Shown: positions 49,496 through 59,193 of the stretch, piece after piece
How the letters are laid out: each line of letters begins with the position of its first letter
Numbering within the stretch: the first letter of the stretch is position 1
NCBI GenBank assembly: GCA_964483405.1
Contig: CAZABC010000002.1
Span: 39,756-103,755 of the forward strand
Direction: 5' to 3'
Source: an uncultured Anaerolineaceae bacterium
GTDB taxonomy: Bacteria; Chloroflexota; Limnocylindria; Limnocylindrales; CSP1-4
Length of the DNA stretch: 64,000 nt
Translations under genes and position numbers: made by a program
The notes under the pieces: model-generated
Told to the model about the DNA's origin: nothing
The model's input: the letters and a program-made list of their open reading frames with translations, nothing else
Databases searched by the model: none

Positions 49496-50806
49496 TCAGT
49501 CGCAGGTCTGGCAGCCCGGGATCGGCTCGGTGACCGCGACGTACTCGAGCAGCTTCCGCATCAGCGGGGCCGGGTCGACCCGGCTCTGGTTCGTCAGGAG
49601 CGCCACCGCGATCCGCCGATCCGGCAGCCAGCGAACGTGACCCCGAAAGCCGGTGAACGTGCCGCTGTGACCCCAGGTCACCTGCTTGCCGATCGGGATG
49701 ACCTGGACCCCCAGGCCGTACGGAACGCGCGGGAAGTGGACGGCCGTCCGGTCGACGTCCGCGATGGCGGCGGTCAGCGTCGCTCGCGACAGGACCTGGC
49801 CGCCGTACAGGGCGGCAGCCCAGCGGGCGGCATCCTCGGCCGTCCCGGCGATGGCGCCGGCGGGTCCGGCGGCGGTCACGACCGAGGTGAACGGCGAGAG
49901 GGGGTCGTCGCCACCGAGGACGCGGTGGGCGCCGGGCGTCCCGCGATGCCCTTCCGCCAGCGGGCCGCGCGGCGACTCGGACCCCTGGACGAAGGCGTGG
50001 TCGAGATCGAGCGGGTCGAGCAGCCGGTCCCGGACGAGCCGGTCCCAGGGCGTCCCGGTCGCCCGCTCCGCGATCAGCCCGAGGTACAGGTAACCGGTGT
50101 TCGAGTAGCGCCAGAACGTGCCCGGCGGCACGCGATGGGTCATCCCGAACTCGGCCAGGATCTCCTCGGGCGTCCAGACCCGGTGGAGATCGGCGTTGAG
50201 GGCGGGCTCGATCCCCGTCTCCCGGAAGTAGTCGTTGAGGCCGCTCGTGTGGTCGAGGAGATCGCGGAGCGTCATCGCCGGGTGGAACCCGCCCTCGGGG
50301 AGCAGGTCGGCTGCCCGATCGTCGAGCGAGAGGACGCCCTCGTCGACGAGCTGGAGGACGACGGCCGCGGTGAACGTCTTGGTGATGCTCGCGAGGGCGA
50401 AGGCCGTGTCGGGCGTCACCGGCTCGTCGGTCGCCGCATCGGCGACACCGACCGTCCCGACCCACAGCCGGCCGTCGGGGTAGACGACCGCCGCGCTCAG
50501 CCCCGGGACCCCGGCGGCCTTCGCCCAGCGGGCGATCATCGCCTGCAGCCGCGGGTCGCCGACCGATCGCAGCGGTCGGCGCGCGGGCGGGCTGGGGCGA
50601 GCCGGGCTCGGCGAGGGCGAGGCGGCCGGCGACGGCGAGGGCGCGGGCGAGGCGGACGGCTGCGGGCTGGCGACCCCGCCGCCGGGCGGCAGCGACGCCG
50701 CGGCGACGGTCCGGTCAGGTCCGGCGCCGGCGATGAGGCCCGGGCCGGCCACGACACCGGCGACGACGAGGGCGACCAGGGCGACGAGGGCCACGAGGCG
50801 ACGCAC
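49496..50806 (-). CDS. Secreted serine hydrolase (beta-lactamase / D-Ala-D-Ala carboxypeptidase-like)
   Basis: A TM/signal segment, a Ser/Pro/Ala linker, then the SITKTF (SxxK) active site and a class-C-like fold. The GTG start was inferred from the ORF-track frame. My manual indexing near the start differed by 1 nt, so the 5' coordinate may be off by one. Confidence 0.7.
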   Translation of the reverse strand: MRRLVALVALVALVVAGVVAGPGLIAGAGPDRTVAAASLPPGGGVASPQPSASPAPSPSPAASPSPSPARPSPPARRPLRSVGDPRLQAMIARWAKAAGVPGLSAAVVYPDGRLWVGTVGVADAATDEPVTPDTAFALASITKTFTAAVVLQLVDEGVLSLDDRAADLLPEGGFHPAMTLRDLLDHTSGLNDYFRETGIEPALNADLHRVWTPEEILAEFGMTHRVPPGTFWRYSNTGYLYLGLIAERATGTPWDRLVRDRLLDPLDLDHAFVQGSESPRGPLAEGHRGTPGAHRVLGGDDPLSPFTSVVTAAGPAGAIAGTAEDAARWAAALYGGQVLSRATLTAAIADVDRTAVHFPRVPYGLGVQVIPIGKQVTWGHSGTFTGFRGHVRWLPDRRIAVALLTNQSRVDPAPLMRKLLEYVAVTEPIPGCQTCD

Positions 50807-50845
50807 GCGGGGAGTGTACGGCCCCGAGCGGGTACCCTTCGTCCG

Positions 50846-52129
50846 ATGCCGACGACCGTGACCGCCCCCGAGCTCCTCCGTGCCGTCGGGCTGCTGCCCG
50901 ATGGGCCGGTGCCGTGGGGTCAGCCCGTCCCGGCGAAGGGACCCGGCGTCTACGTCGTCGAGCTGCCGGCCCCGCTGCCGACCGCGCCGATCGAGCTGAC
51001 CCGGGTCGGCAAGTGGATCGAGCGGGTCCCCGACCTGCGGCTCGACGGCGAGCGGCCGACCTCGAAGGCACTCGCGACCCGGCTCGCCGCGTTCTGGCGG
51101 GCGGACCAGCGGGTCCTGTTCGTCGGGTCCGCTCCGGCGAGCGTCGGCGGTCGCGTCGGCGCGCTCCGCAGGACCGTCCTCGGCGACCGACGCCCGTACG
51201 CCGGCGGGCACTGGCTCCACACGCTCCGCGGGCTCGAGCGGGCGCTGGTCTGGTGGGCCACGACCGACGCCCCCGAGGAGTACGAGGACGCGCTCCTCGA
51301 TGCCTACGCCGCCGCGGCCGGGGTGGCACCGTCCCGTCCCGAGGCCGGAGCGGACGATCCGGTCCTCCCGTGGGCCGTCCTGCGCCGCCCGACCGGGGAG
51401 CGGCGCGCGCACGGCATCGGCGGGGCGCTCCTGCCCGAGCCGGTCGAGCCGGCGGTCCCCGCGATGACGGTCCGGGTCGTCGACCCGGCCGAGGCCCCGG
51501 CGGTCGCGACGCCGGTCGGCGGCGCACCCCGGGCACCGCGGACGCCGCGGCCGCCCCGCGATCCGGCGGCGAGGCGACCGGCGCACGGGGCGGACTCGGC
51601 CCGTCCCGGCGACCGCGACCTCGACTCAGGCGCGCAGCCGACGGCGCCGATCGCGGTGCCGGGCTCGGCGGGCGGGGTCGTGGAGCTGTCGCGCGAGGGC
51701 CACGACCGGATGCAGGCCGAGCTCCACGAGCTCCGGGTCGACCGACGACCGGCGACGATCAAGCGCGTCGCGACGGCCCGGGAGCTCGGCGACCTCAGGG
51801 AGAACGCCGAGTACCACTCGGCCCGCGAGGAGCTCGGCTTCATCGAGGGGCGGATCCAGTCGCTCGAGGCGCGCCTGCGGAACGCCGTCATCCTCGAGGC
51901 GTCGAGCGGCGACACGGCGCTCCTCGGGTCGACCGTGACCGTCGAGATCGACGGCGAGCGCCTCGTCTACCGACTCGTGAGCACCGCCGAGGCGGACCCG
52001 TCGAACGGACGGATCTCGACGAGCTCGCCGGTCGGTCGGGCGTTGCTCGGGCGGGTCGTCGGCGACGAGGTCGTCGTCCGGATGCCGGCCGGCCACGACG
52101 TCCGCTACCGGGTGGTCGAGGTCAGCTGA
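50846..52129 (+). CDS. greA: GreA-family transcript cleavage factor carrying a ~270-aa N-terminal extension of unknown function
   Basis: The C-terminal 150 aa are a complete GreA (coiled-coil REGHDRMQAELHEL...LRENAEYHSAREE plus the FKBP-like C-domain). The N-terminal part has coding-like GC3 in the same frame with no stop. Confidence 0.65.
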   Translation: MPTTVTAPELLRAVGLLPDGPVPWGQPVPAKGPGVYVVELPAPLPTAPIELTRVGKWIERVPDLRLDGERPTSKALATRLAAFWRADQRVLFVGSAPASVGGRVGALRRTVLGDRRPYAGGHWLHTLRGLERALVWWATTDAPEEYEDALLDAYAAAAGVAPSRPEAGADDPVLPWAVLRRPTGERRAHGIGGALLPEPVEPAVPAMTVRVVDPAEAPAVATPVGGAPRAPRTPRPPRDPAARRPAHGADSARPGDRDLDSGAQPTAPIAVPGSAGGVVELSREGHDRMQAELHELRVDRRPATIKRVATARELGDLRENAEYHSAREELGFIEGRIQSLEARLRNAVILEASSGDTALLGSTVTVEIDGERLVYRLVSTAEADPSNGRISTSSPVGRALLGRVVGDEVVVRMPAGHDVRYRVVEVS

Positions 52130-52144
52130 GCCGTCGCGGAGGGC

Positions 52145-52573
52145 TCAGCCCTCGGCGACCGCCGACACCCGCGCGACGAGCTCGTCCGGCTCGAGCGTGG
52201 CGGGCAGGATCCCGTCGGCGAGGCCGCCCGCTGAGCCGGGGCCGTCGCCCTGCGGTGTGCCGCGGACGAGCAGGCGGACCCCGGGGATCCGCCGCCGGAG
52301 GACCGCGAGCAGGGCCGTCCCCGCGTCGACGTCGGGGAGCCGCGGATCGACGAGCACGACGTCCGGCGCGAGCGCCTCGCAGCAGCGGAGCGCCTCGCCG
52401 GCGTCGCCGGCCTGGCCGACGACCTCGAGTCGGCCCTCGGCGGCGAGCAGGCCGGCGAGGCTGTGGCGGACCCGGTGGTCGGCGTCGACGACGACCACGC
52501 GTCGCGCGACGGGCGGGGCGAGGGTCGGGGCGGCGGGTCGGCGGTCGGCGCGTCGGTCGATCACGCGCCCCAT
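52145..52573 (-). CDS. Standalone response-regulator receiver (REC-only, CheY-like)
   Basis: VVVVDADHRVRHSL...DVVLVD phosphoacceptor region. There is no output domain. Confidence 0.75.
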   Translation of the reverse strand: MGRVIDRRADRRPAAPTLAPPVARRVVVVDADHRVRHSLAGLLAAEGRLEVVGQAGDAGEALRCCEALAPDVVLVDPRLPDVDAGTALLAVLRRRIPGVRLLVRGTPQGDGPGSAGGLADGILPATLEPDELVARVSAVAEG

Positions 52574-52626
52574 GGTGGGTGGCGGGCCGGACGGCGGCGA
52601 CCGGCGTGCGTCGCGTCCGGCCTACG

Positions 52627-55600
52627 TCATCCGGCCGATGCGGCGGACGGTCCGGGATCGGCGAGCGACGGCACGACCGCCGTGGCGGTCCGACCCTCGA
52701 CCGGCGCGGATACCTCGATCCGGGTCCCGCCGCCGCGCCTCGACCGGACCTCGAGGTGGCCGCCGATCCGCTCGGCTCGCGCGCCCATCCCGGTCAGCCC
52801 GAGGTGGCCGTCCGGGACCGAGGCGGGATCGAACCCGCGGCCGTCGTCGACGATCGTGAGGTGGACCCGGCCCTCCACCCGGGTCAGGTCGACGGCGACG
52901 CGGGTCGCGGCCGCGTGCTTGACGACGTTGTGGAGGGCCTCCTGGGTGATCCGGTAGAGCGCGTCCTCGACCTCGATCGGGAGGCGCTCGTCGAAGAGCC
53001 GGTCGTCGATCGTCAGCTGGATCGGGACGCCGACCCGACCCTCGACGGCCGCGCAGTGGGTCCGCAGCGCCTGGGCCAGCCCGTCGTGCTCGAGGCCGCC
53101 CGGCCGGAGCTCGAAGATGAGCGACCGCATCTCGGCCAGCGCGTCGCGCTGGAGGTCGCGCAGGATCGCCAGCTGCTCGGCCGCCCGGGCCGGGTCGCGC
53201 TCGAGCAGGACCTCGAGGGTCCGGGTCACGAGGGTCATCGAGAACAGCGCCTGGGTCACCGAGTCGTGGAGCTCACGGGCGAGGTGGGCCCGCTCCTGGG
53301 CCGCGGCGACGTCGGCCGCCGAGCGCCGGAGCTCGCGCTCGAGCCGCTCCCGCTGCGACACGTCCCGAGCCGACCCATGGACCCCGGCGAAGGTCCCGTC
53401 GCGGAGGAAGCCGGCCGCGACGATCTCGAACGGGATGCGGGTCCCGTCCCGGTGGACCAGGACGATCGGCGTCCGAACCTCGCGCCCGGGGTCGGCCGCG
53501 GCCTCGGCGTACCGCTCGGCCGCGACCGCCATCGTCGCCGGGTCGACGAGCACCCTGAAGTGCTGGCCGACGACCTCGGCGGCCGGCCGGCCGAGCGACC
53601 GCTCGACGGCATCGCTGATGTAGGTGAAGGTGCCGTCGGCATCGGCCGAGAAGACGATGTCGGGCTGGTTGTCGACGAGGAACCGGTAGCGCGCCTCGGA
53701 CGCCGCCAGCTGCTCGTGGAGCCGGCTGTTGACGAACGCGATCGCGGCGAAGTCGGCGAAGCCCTGGAGGAGGTCGAGCTCGTCCTCGTCGAAGGCCCGC
53801 GGCGCGCGGAAGTTGACCGCGAGCGTGCCGATGACGTCACCGAACGGCCCTCGGAGCGGCGCGGCCGCCATGCCCCGCAGGCCCATCCGCTCGGCCGTCG
53901 CGATGTCGGCGGGACTGTGCGGGGTGATCCGCGGGTCGACGAGGTAATCCTCGGTCCAGACGACCGTGTCCGTCGTCGCGGCGAGGCCGTTGATGCCCCC
54001 GACGAGCGGGAAGCGCATCGCCCGGATCCAGTCGTGCGTCGCCGCGTCGGTCGCGCCAGTGAGGACGGCCGGCACGAGGTGGGTCCCGTCCTCGGCCAGG
54101 AAGGTCAGGTGCGCACCGTCCGACCCGAGGAGCCGGCTGACATCCCCGACGATCCGCTCGAGCACCTCGGCCGGCTCGCGCAGGGCGGCGATGCCGGCCG
54201 CGATCCCGCGGAGCGACTTCTCCCGCTCGACCCGCCGAGCGAGCAGCCCACCCGATCGCTCGAGCTGCTCGATGAGCCGGGCGTTGGCGATCGCGATCGA
54301 GGCCTGCTGGGCGAGCGACGAGAGCCGGTCGGCGTCGACCTGGCCGTACGCGCCGGCCCGTCGCGACTCGACGAGGAGGGCGCCGATCGGATCGTCCCCA
54401 TCCACGAGCGGCGCAGCGAGGACCGATCGGAAGCCGTGCTGGCGGATGTAGCGGTCGGTCCCGCGGCGGTGGCGGAACCGGCGGTCGCGCAGGTAGTCGT
54501 CGGTCCAGAACGGGCCGCGGTCGGCCAGCGCCCGGCCGACGACGCCGTAGCCGGGCAGGATCGGGTCGCTCGGCGGGCCGGTCGTCGTGCCCGACGCGTC
54601 GACCCAGGTCCAACCGGGCCCGATCCCCGAGCGCGCCTCGAGGTAGATGGCCGCCCGGTCCGAGGCGAGCAGCCGGCCGGCCTCGGCGCAGATCCGCTCG
54701 AGGATCACCGCCGGGTCGCGGACGCTCGTGATCCGGGCGGCGATCTCGCGGAGCGTCCGCTCCGCCTCCGCGCTCCGGGCGAGGGCGGCCCCGGACGCCT
54801 CGAGGCGGTCGATGAGCCGGGCGTTCGCGATCGCGATCGAGGCCTGGTCGGCCAGCGCCTGGAGGAGCGCGCCGTCCTCGTCGTCGAAGGCGTCGGCCCG
54901 GCGGCTGACGACCGTCATCGCCCCGACCGCTCGCTCTTCCATGACGAGGGGAGCCGAGATCGCCGAGCGGATCCCATGCTTGACGAGGAACGCATCGATG
55001 CCGGCCCCGTGCTCGAACCGTCGGTCGGCGAGATAGTCCCCCGTCCGGACGGCCCGGCGCTGCTTGAAGGCGAGCCCGGACACGCCGACGCCGGGGACGA
55101 CGATCGGCGACCCCGGCGCACCCGTCGGTGGTCGCGGCAGCGAGGTGCTCCCGGCGTACTCCGACGGGCCGCCGCCGACCGCCAGGCCGATCTCGGCGTA
55201 GTCGCCGCGGAGGAGCTTCTCGGCCGCCGTGATCGTCCGGCTGATGACCTCGCGCGGGTCGCGGAGGGCCGTCACCGTCGCCGCGATCTCGCGGAGCGTC
55301 CGCTCGGCCTCGGCCCGCCGACCGAGCTCGCCCCGCGAGGCGTCGAGGGCGACGATGAGGCGGGCCGTCGTCAGGGCGGCCGCCGCCTGCCCGGCCAGCG
55401 CCTCGAGCAGGTCCGCGTCGAGCTCGTCGTAGGCGTCGGTGACGCTCGTGCCGACCTGGAGCACGCCAAGCAGACCGGTCTCGCCGACGACCGGCGCGGC
55501 GATGACCGACCGCAGGCCGGAGGCGCGGATGAACGCGTCGGCGGACCGGCTGTGGCGGAAGGATCGGTCGCGGACGTAGTCGCCGGTCCGGACGGCCCGA

Positions 55601-56955
55601 CCGAGCTCGATCGCCCGGGTCGCGATCCCGCCGCGGCGCGCCCGACCGGGGCGACGCGACGGCTCGACCCCGACCGGGAAGCTCCACTGCCAGCGCTCGT
55701 CGACCGGCTCCGTCAGGTCGATCTGAGCACGTTCGGCGCGGAGCAGCGCGGCGGCCTCGTCGAGGACGCGCTGGAGCAGCTCGGCCGGGTCGCGGACCGT
55801 CGCGATCCGGGTCGCGATCGCCCGGAGCGTCCGCTCGCCGTCGGCCCGGCGCGCCAGCCGCTCGCGGGACCCGTCGAGCGCCTCGATGAGCCGGGCGTTG
55901 GCGAGGGCGATCGAGGCCTGCCGAGCAAGGGCCTCGAGGATGGCGGCGTCGGTCTCGTCGAAGGCGTCGCGCTCGCGGGCCTCGACGAGCATCGCCCCGA
56001 TCGCGGTGTCGCCGTCGAACATCGGGACCGCGATCGCCGAGGCCAGCCCGAGGCGCCGCGTGTAGCGGTCGGGCCCGGGGCGATGGACGAAGCGGTCGTC
56101 GCGCAGGTAGTCGCCGGTCGCGAACGTCCGGCGGTCGGCCATCGCCTTGCCGGTCACCCCCTCGCCGGCCCGGATCGACTCGGCAGCCGACCAGGGGTCG
56201 CGCCCGACCTCGGTCGGTGAGTACCAGGTCCAGCCGGCGTCGCCGGAGGCATCGTCGAGGATGTTGATGAAGACCCGCTCCCGGCCGAGCAGGCGGGCCG
56301 CCTCGGCGGCGATCAGGTGGAGGATGGACGGCGTGTCGCGGAGCTCGGCGATCCGGGCGGCGATCTCCCGCAGAGCCTGCTCCATGTCCGCCCGCCGGGT
56401 GAGCGCCTCGCGCGAGCGGGCCAGGTCGTCGATGAGCCGCGCGTTCGCCATCGCGGCGGCCGCGTGGTCCGCCAGCGCCCGGACGAGGGCGACGTCGGCA
56501 GCGTCGAAGGCGTCGCGCGTCGCCGAGAAGACGCCGAGCGCCCCGGCGACCTCGTCCCCGGCGATCAGTGGCGCGACCGCCATCGACCGGATCGCCAGCC
56601 GGCGGACCACCCGGTCGGGGCCGGCCGCATGCCGGAACGACGTGTCCGCCGGGTAGTCGCCGGTCGAGACCACCCGCCGCTCGGCGACGGCCCGGCCGAA
56701 CATCCCCTCGCCCGGCGCGAGGCGCAGCCGCCGGACCCGGTCGCGGCGGCGCTCGTCGGCGATCCCGGCATCGCAGGCGAATCGCAGCTCGCCGGTCACC
56801 GGCTCGAGGAGATAGGCCATCGCCCCGTCGCCGCGGAGCAGCTCGGCGGCCTCGGTCACGGCCGAGACGAGGACCGCCGGGACGGCGGGCGGGGCGCCGC
56901 GGAGGATGTCGCGACGCGGGCTGGCGGGGACGGCGGGATCGGACGGCGGCTGCAT
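52627..56955 (-). CDS. Multi-GAF (about 7-8 tandem GAF domains) plus PAS sensor histidine kinase of the HisKA_3/NarL-partner type
   Basis: 1443 aa. It shows repeated GAF cores, each followed by the HK-dimerisation-like linker (L/A)NARLI..L, then a PAS region, then an H-box (LARELHDSVTQALFSM) and an HATPase_c domain (LTIVDDGRGFD...GLTGMGARAERIGG). ATG 56955 is the first plausible start. Confidence 0.85.
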   Translation of the reverse strand: MQPPSDPAVPASPRRDILRGAPPAVPAVLVSAVTEAAELLRGDGAMAYLLEPVTGELRFACDAGIADERRRDRVRRLRLAPGEGMFGRAVAERRVVSTGDYPADTSFRHAAGPDRVVRRLAIRSMAVAPLIAGDEVAGALGVFSATRDAFDAADVALVRALADHAAAAMANARLIDDLARSREALTRRADMEQALREIAARIAELRDTPSILHLIAAEAARLLGRERVFINILDDASGDAGWTWYSPTEVGRDPWSAAESIRAGEGVTGKAMADRRTFATGDYLRDDRFVHRPGPDRYTRRLGLASAIAVPMFDGDTAIGAMLVEARERDAFDETDAAILEALARQASIALANARLIEALDGSRERLARRADGERTLRAIATRIATVRDPAELLQRVLDEAAALLRAERAQIDLTEPVDERWQWSFPVGVEPSRRPGRARRGGIATRAIELGRAVRTGDYVRDRSFRHSRSADAFIRASGLRSVIAAPVVGETGLLGVLQVGTSVTDAYDELDADLLEALAGQAAAALTTARLIVALDASRGELGRRAEAERTLREIAATVTALRDPREVISRTITAAEKLLRGDYAEIGLAVGGGPSEYAGSTSLPRPPTGAPGSPIVVPGVGVSGLAFKQRRAVRTGDYLADRRFEHGAGIDAFLVKHGIRSAISAPLVMEERAVGAMTVVSRRADAFDDEDGALLQALADQASIAIANARLIDRLEASGAALARSAEAERTLREIAARITSVRDPAVILERICAEAGRLLASDRAAIYLEARSGIGPGWTWVDASGTTTGPPSDPILPGYGVVGRALADRGPFWTDDYLRDRRFRHRRGTDRYIRQHGFRSVLAAPLVDGDDPIGALLVESRRAGAYGQVDADRLSSLAQQASIAIANARLIEQLERSGGLLARRVEREKSLRGIAAGIAALREPAEVLERIVGDVSRLLGSDGAHLTFLAEDGTHLVPAVLTGATDAATHDWIRAMRFPLVGGINGLAATTDTVVWTEDYLVDPRITPHSPADIATAERMGLRGMAAAPLRGPFGDVIGTLAVNFRAPRAFDEDELDLLQGFADFAAIAFVNSRLHEQLAASEARYRFLVDNQPDIVFSADADGTFTYISDAVERSLGRPAAEVVGQHFRVLVDPATMAVAAERYAEAAADPGREVRTPIVLVHRDGTRIPFEIVAAGFLRDGTFAGVHGSARDVSQRERLERELRRSAADVAAAQERAHLARELHDSVTQALFSMTLVTRTLEVLLERDPARAAEQLAILRDLQRDALAEMRSLIFELRPGGLEHDGLAQALRTHCAAVEGRVGVPIQLTIDDRLFDERLPIEVEDALYRITQEALHNVVKHAAATRVAVDLTRVEGRVHLTIVDDGRGFDPASVPDGHLGLTGMGARAERIGGHLEVRSRRGGGTRIEVSAPVEGRTATAVVPSLADPGPSAASAG

Positions 56956-57074
56956 CGGGGCCAGAGGATACGCCGGTGGCGGCCGCCCTTGACAGCCGGC
57001 GCGGTCGGCCGGGATGCTGGCCCGGCGACACTCCCGCGGGGGCCGGGAGGGGTGCTCGACCCGGGGGGGTGCGG

Positions 57075-57992
57075 ATGCTCGAGATCGACGACCTCGCGAA
57101 ACGGTACGGGCCGGTGACGGCACTCGACGGTGCGTCGTTCGTCGCGCGGCCCGGCCGGATCCTCGGCTTCCTCGGTCCGAACGGCTCCGGCAAGACGACG
57201 ACCATGCGCTGCGTCTTCGGGCTCGCCCGGCCCGACCGGGGCGAGGTCCGCTGGGCGGGTCGCGGCGTGGACCGGTCGGCCCGGCTGCGCTTCGGCTACA
57301 TGCCGGAGCAGCGTGGGCTGTACCCGCGGATGCGCGTCGCCGAGCAGCTCGCCTATTTCGGCCAGCAGCACGGCCTGTCCGGCCGCGACGCGGCCGCCGG
57401 CACCGCCCGGTGGCTCGAGCGCTTCGGGCTCGCCGACCGGGCGAAGTCGAAGCTCGAGGACCTCTCGCACGGCAACCAGCAGCGGGTCCAGCTCGCCGCC
57501 GCCCTCGTCCACGAGCCCGAGCTGCTCATCCTCGACGAGCCGTTCTCGGGCCTCGACCCGATCGGGACGGCGACGATGGCCGAGGTCCTCCGCGAACGGG
57601 CGGCCACAGGCGTCGGCGTCGTCTTCTCGAGCCACCAGCTCGACCTCGTCGAGGATGTCTGCGAGGACGTCGCGATCATCCACCGCGGGCGGATCGTCGC
57701 CGACGGCCCGATCGAGGCGCTCCGGTCGGCCTCGGGTCGGCGCCACTTCGAGGTCGAGGTCGCGGGATCGGGCGGACGCTGGCTCGACGGTCGAGGCGAC
57801 GTCACCCTCGTCGAGCGCAACGGCGACCGTGTCAAGGTGCTCGTCGACGAGACGGCCGACCTCCACGACCTCCTCGCCAGCGCGCGGGCCGCCGGGACGA
57901 TCCGGCGGATCACCTACGAGCCGCCCCGGCTCTCCGAGCTGTTCATGGCGGCCGTCGACGACGGCTCGCCGACGCCGGGCGACGTCCGATGA
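57075..57992 (+). CDS. ABC transporter ATP-binding protein (ABC-2 / NatA-like)
   Basis: Walker A GPNGSGKTT, signature LSHGNQQR, Walker B LLILDEP. Confidence 0.9.
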   Translation: MLEIDDLAKRYGPVTALDGASFVARPGRILGFLGPNGSGKTTTMRCVFGLARPDRGEVRWAGRGVDRSARLRFGYMPEQRGLYPRMRVAEQLAYFGQQHGLSGRDAAAGTARWLERFGLADRAKSKLEDLSHGNQQRVQLAAALVHEPELLILDEPFSGLDPIGTATMAEVLRERAATGVGVVFSSHQLDLVEDVCEDVAIIHRGRIVADGPIEALRSASGRRHFEVEVAGSGGRWLDGRGDVTLVERNGDRVKVLVDETADLHDLLASARAAGTIRRITYEPPRLSELFMAAVDDGSPTPGDVR

Positions 57993-58975
57993 GCCGGGCC
58001 CGGAGCGTCTGGCTCGTCGCCCGTCGCGAGATCCTCGAGCGGGGCCGGTCGCGCGGCTTCATCCTCTCGATGGTCTTCACGACGCTCCTCGTCATCGGCT
58101 CGTTCGCCCTCCCGGCGCTCCTCTTCGGCGACGACGACGACCTCGACATCGGCCTCCTCGAGCCCGCACCGGCGGGGCTCGACGCGGCGCTCGTCGCGAC
58201 CGGCCTCGCCTACGACGAGTCGGTCGTCGTGGTGCCGGTGGCGGACCGGTCGGCGGGCGAGGCCGACCTCGCCGAGGGAGCGCTCGACGCGCTCCTGGTC
58301 GTCCCCGAGGACCTCTCGTCGAGCGGCGAGCTCGTCGTGGAGCGGACGGCCGACCCGACCGTCCAGGCCATCACCACGACGGCGGTCGTCGGCCTGCGCC
58401 AGGCGACCTTCCTCGACGAAGCCGGCATCCCACCGGCCGAGTTCGCCACGGTCTCGACGCCGCCCGAGACGGTCGCCCTGGATCCCGAGACCGAGGGCGA
58501 GGCCGCCAGCCTCCTCATCGCCAATCTCGGGATCGTCCTCATCTTCATCGGCATCTTCTCGTTCGGCTTCACCGTCCTGACGGGGGTCGTCGAGGAGAAG
58601 CAGAGCCGCGTCGTCGAGGTCGTCCTCGCGACGGTCCGGCCGCGTGACCTGCTCATGGGCAAGGTCTTCGGCATCGGCGTCCTCGGCCTCGTCCAGCTCG
58701 CCTCGTTCCTCATCGCCGGCGCGGTGGCCGCCGTCGCGCTCGGGTCGTTCGAGCTGCCCGCCACGACGCCGGGGGCGATCGTCCAGCTCGTCATCTGGTT
58801 CTTCCTCGGCTACATCCTGTACGCGACGGCGCTCGGCTTCTTCGGCTCGCTCGCGACGCGGATGGAGGAAGCCTCGAACGCCTCGACGCCGATCACGATC
58901 GTGGCAACGGCGTCGTACCTCCTCGCGTTCCTCGCCGTCGGCGACGACCCGACCGGGACGGTCGCGCGGTCATGA
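57989..58975 (+). CDS. ABC-2 family transporter permease (NatB-like), apparently truncated after the fifth TM helix
   Basis: N-terminal TM, a large extracytoplasmic loop, then four more TM helices. The expected sixth helix is in the next small ORF. Confidence 0.7.
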   Translation: MSRARSVWLVARREILERGRSRGFILSMVFTTLLVIGSFALPALLFGDDDDLDIGLLEPAPAGLDAALVATGLAYDESVVVVPVADRSAGEADLAEGALDALLVVPEDLSSSGELVVERTADPTVQAITTTAVVGLRQATFLDEAGIPPAEFATVSTPPETVALDPETEGEAASLLIANLGIVLIFIGIFSFGFTVLTGVVEEKQSRVVEVVLATVRPRDLLMGKVFGIGVLGLVQLASFLIAGAVAAVALGSFELPATTPGAIVQLVIWFFLGYILYATALGFFGSLATRMEEASNASTPITIVATASYLLAFLAVGDDPTGTVARS

Positions 58976-59184
58976 CCTTCCTGCCGCCCTCGGCGCCGAT
59001 GGTCGTCCCGCTCCGGGCGGCCCTCGATGCGATCGAGCCGTGGGAGATCGGCGTCTCGTTCGTCCTGACCGTCGCGGCGATCTGGGTCCTCTTCGTCGTC
59101 GGCGGCCGGATCTACGCCGGCGCGGTCCTCCAGACGACGGGCCGGATGAAGCTCCGCGACGCCTGGCGCGCGGCCGACGAGTAG
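58972..59184 (+). CDS. Small membrane protein (70 aa) that corresponds to the missing C-terminal TM helix of the preceding ABC-2 permease
   Basis: It starts MTFLPPSAPMVVPL with one TM (IGVSFVLTVAAIWVLFVVGG) and overlaps the upstream stop as ATGA. Confidence 0.5.
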   Translation: MTFLPPSAPMVVPLRAALDAIEPWEIGVSFVLTVAAIWVLFVVGGRIYAGAVLQTTGRMKLRDAWRAADE

Positions 59185-59193
59185 CGGACGACC

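Noticed and set aside
50846-51680. GIY-YIG nuclease assignment for the GreA N-terminal extension
   Set aside because: GVY...FVG resembles the GIY/YIG pair, but the two elements are about 60 residues apart instead of about 10 and the Arg/Glu catalytic spacing is absent. It is left as an unknown domain.
53837-57205. 1122-aa minus-strand ORF (other frame) and the plus-strand ORF 50914..56220 (1768 aa)
   Set aside because: Both overlap the multi-GAF kinase gene in other frames or antisense. They are low-complexity R/G/P/D-rich translations with no domain signatures.
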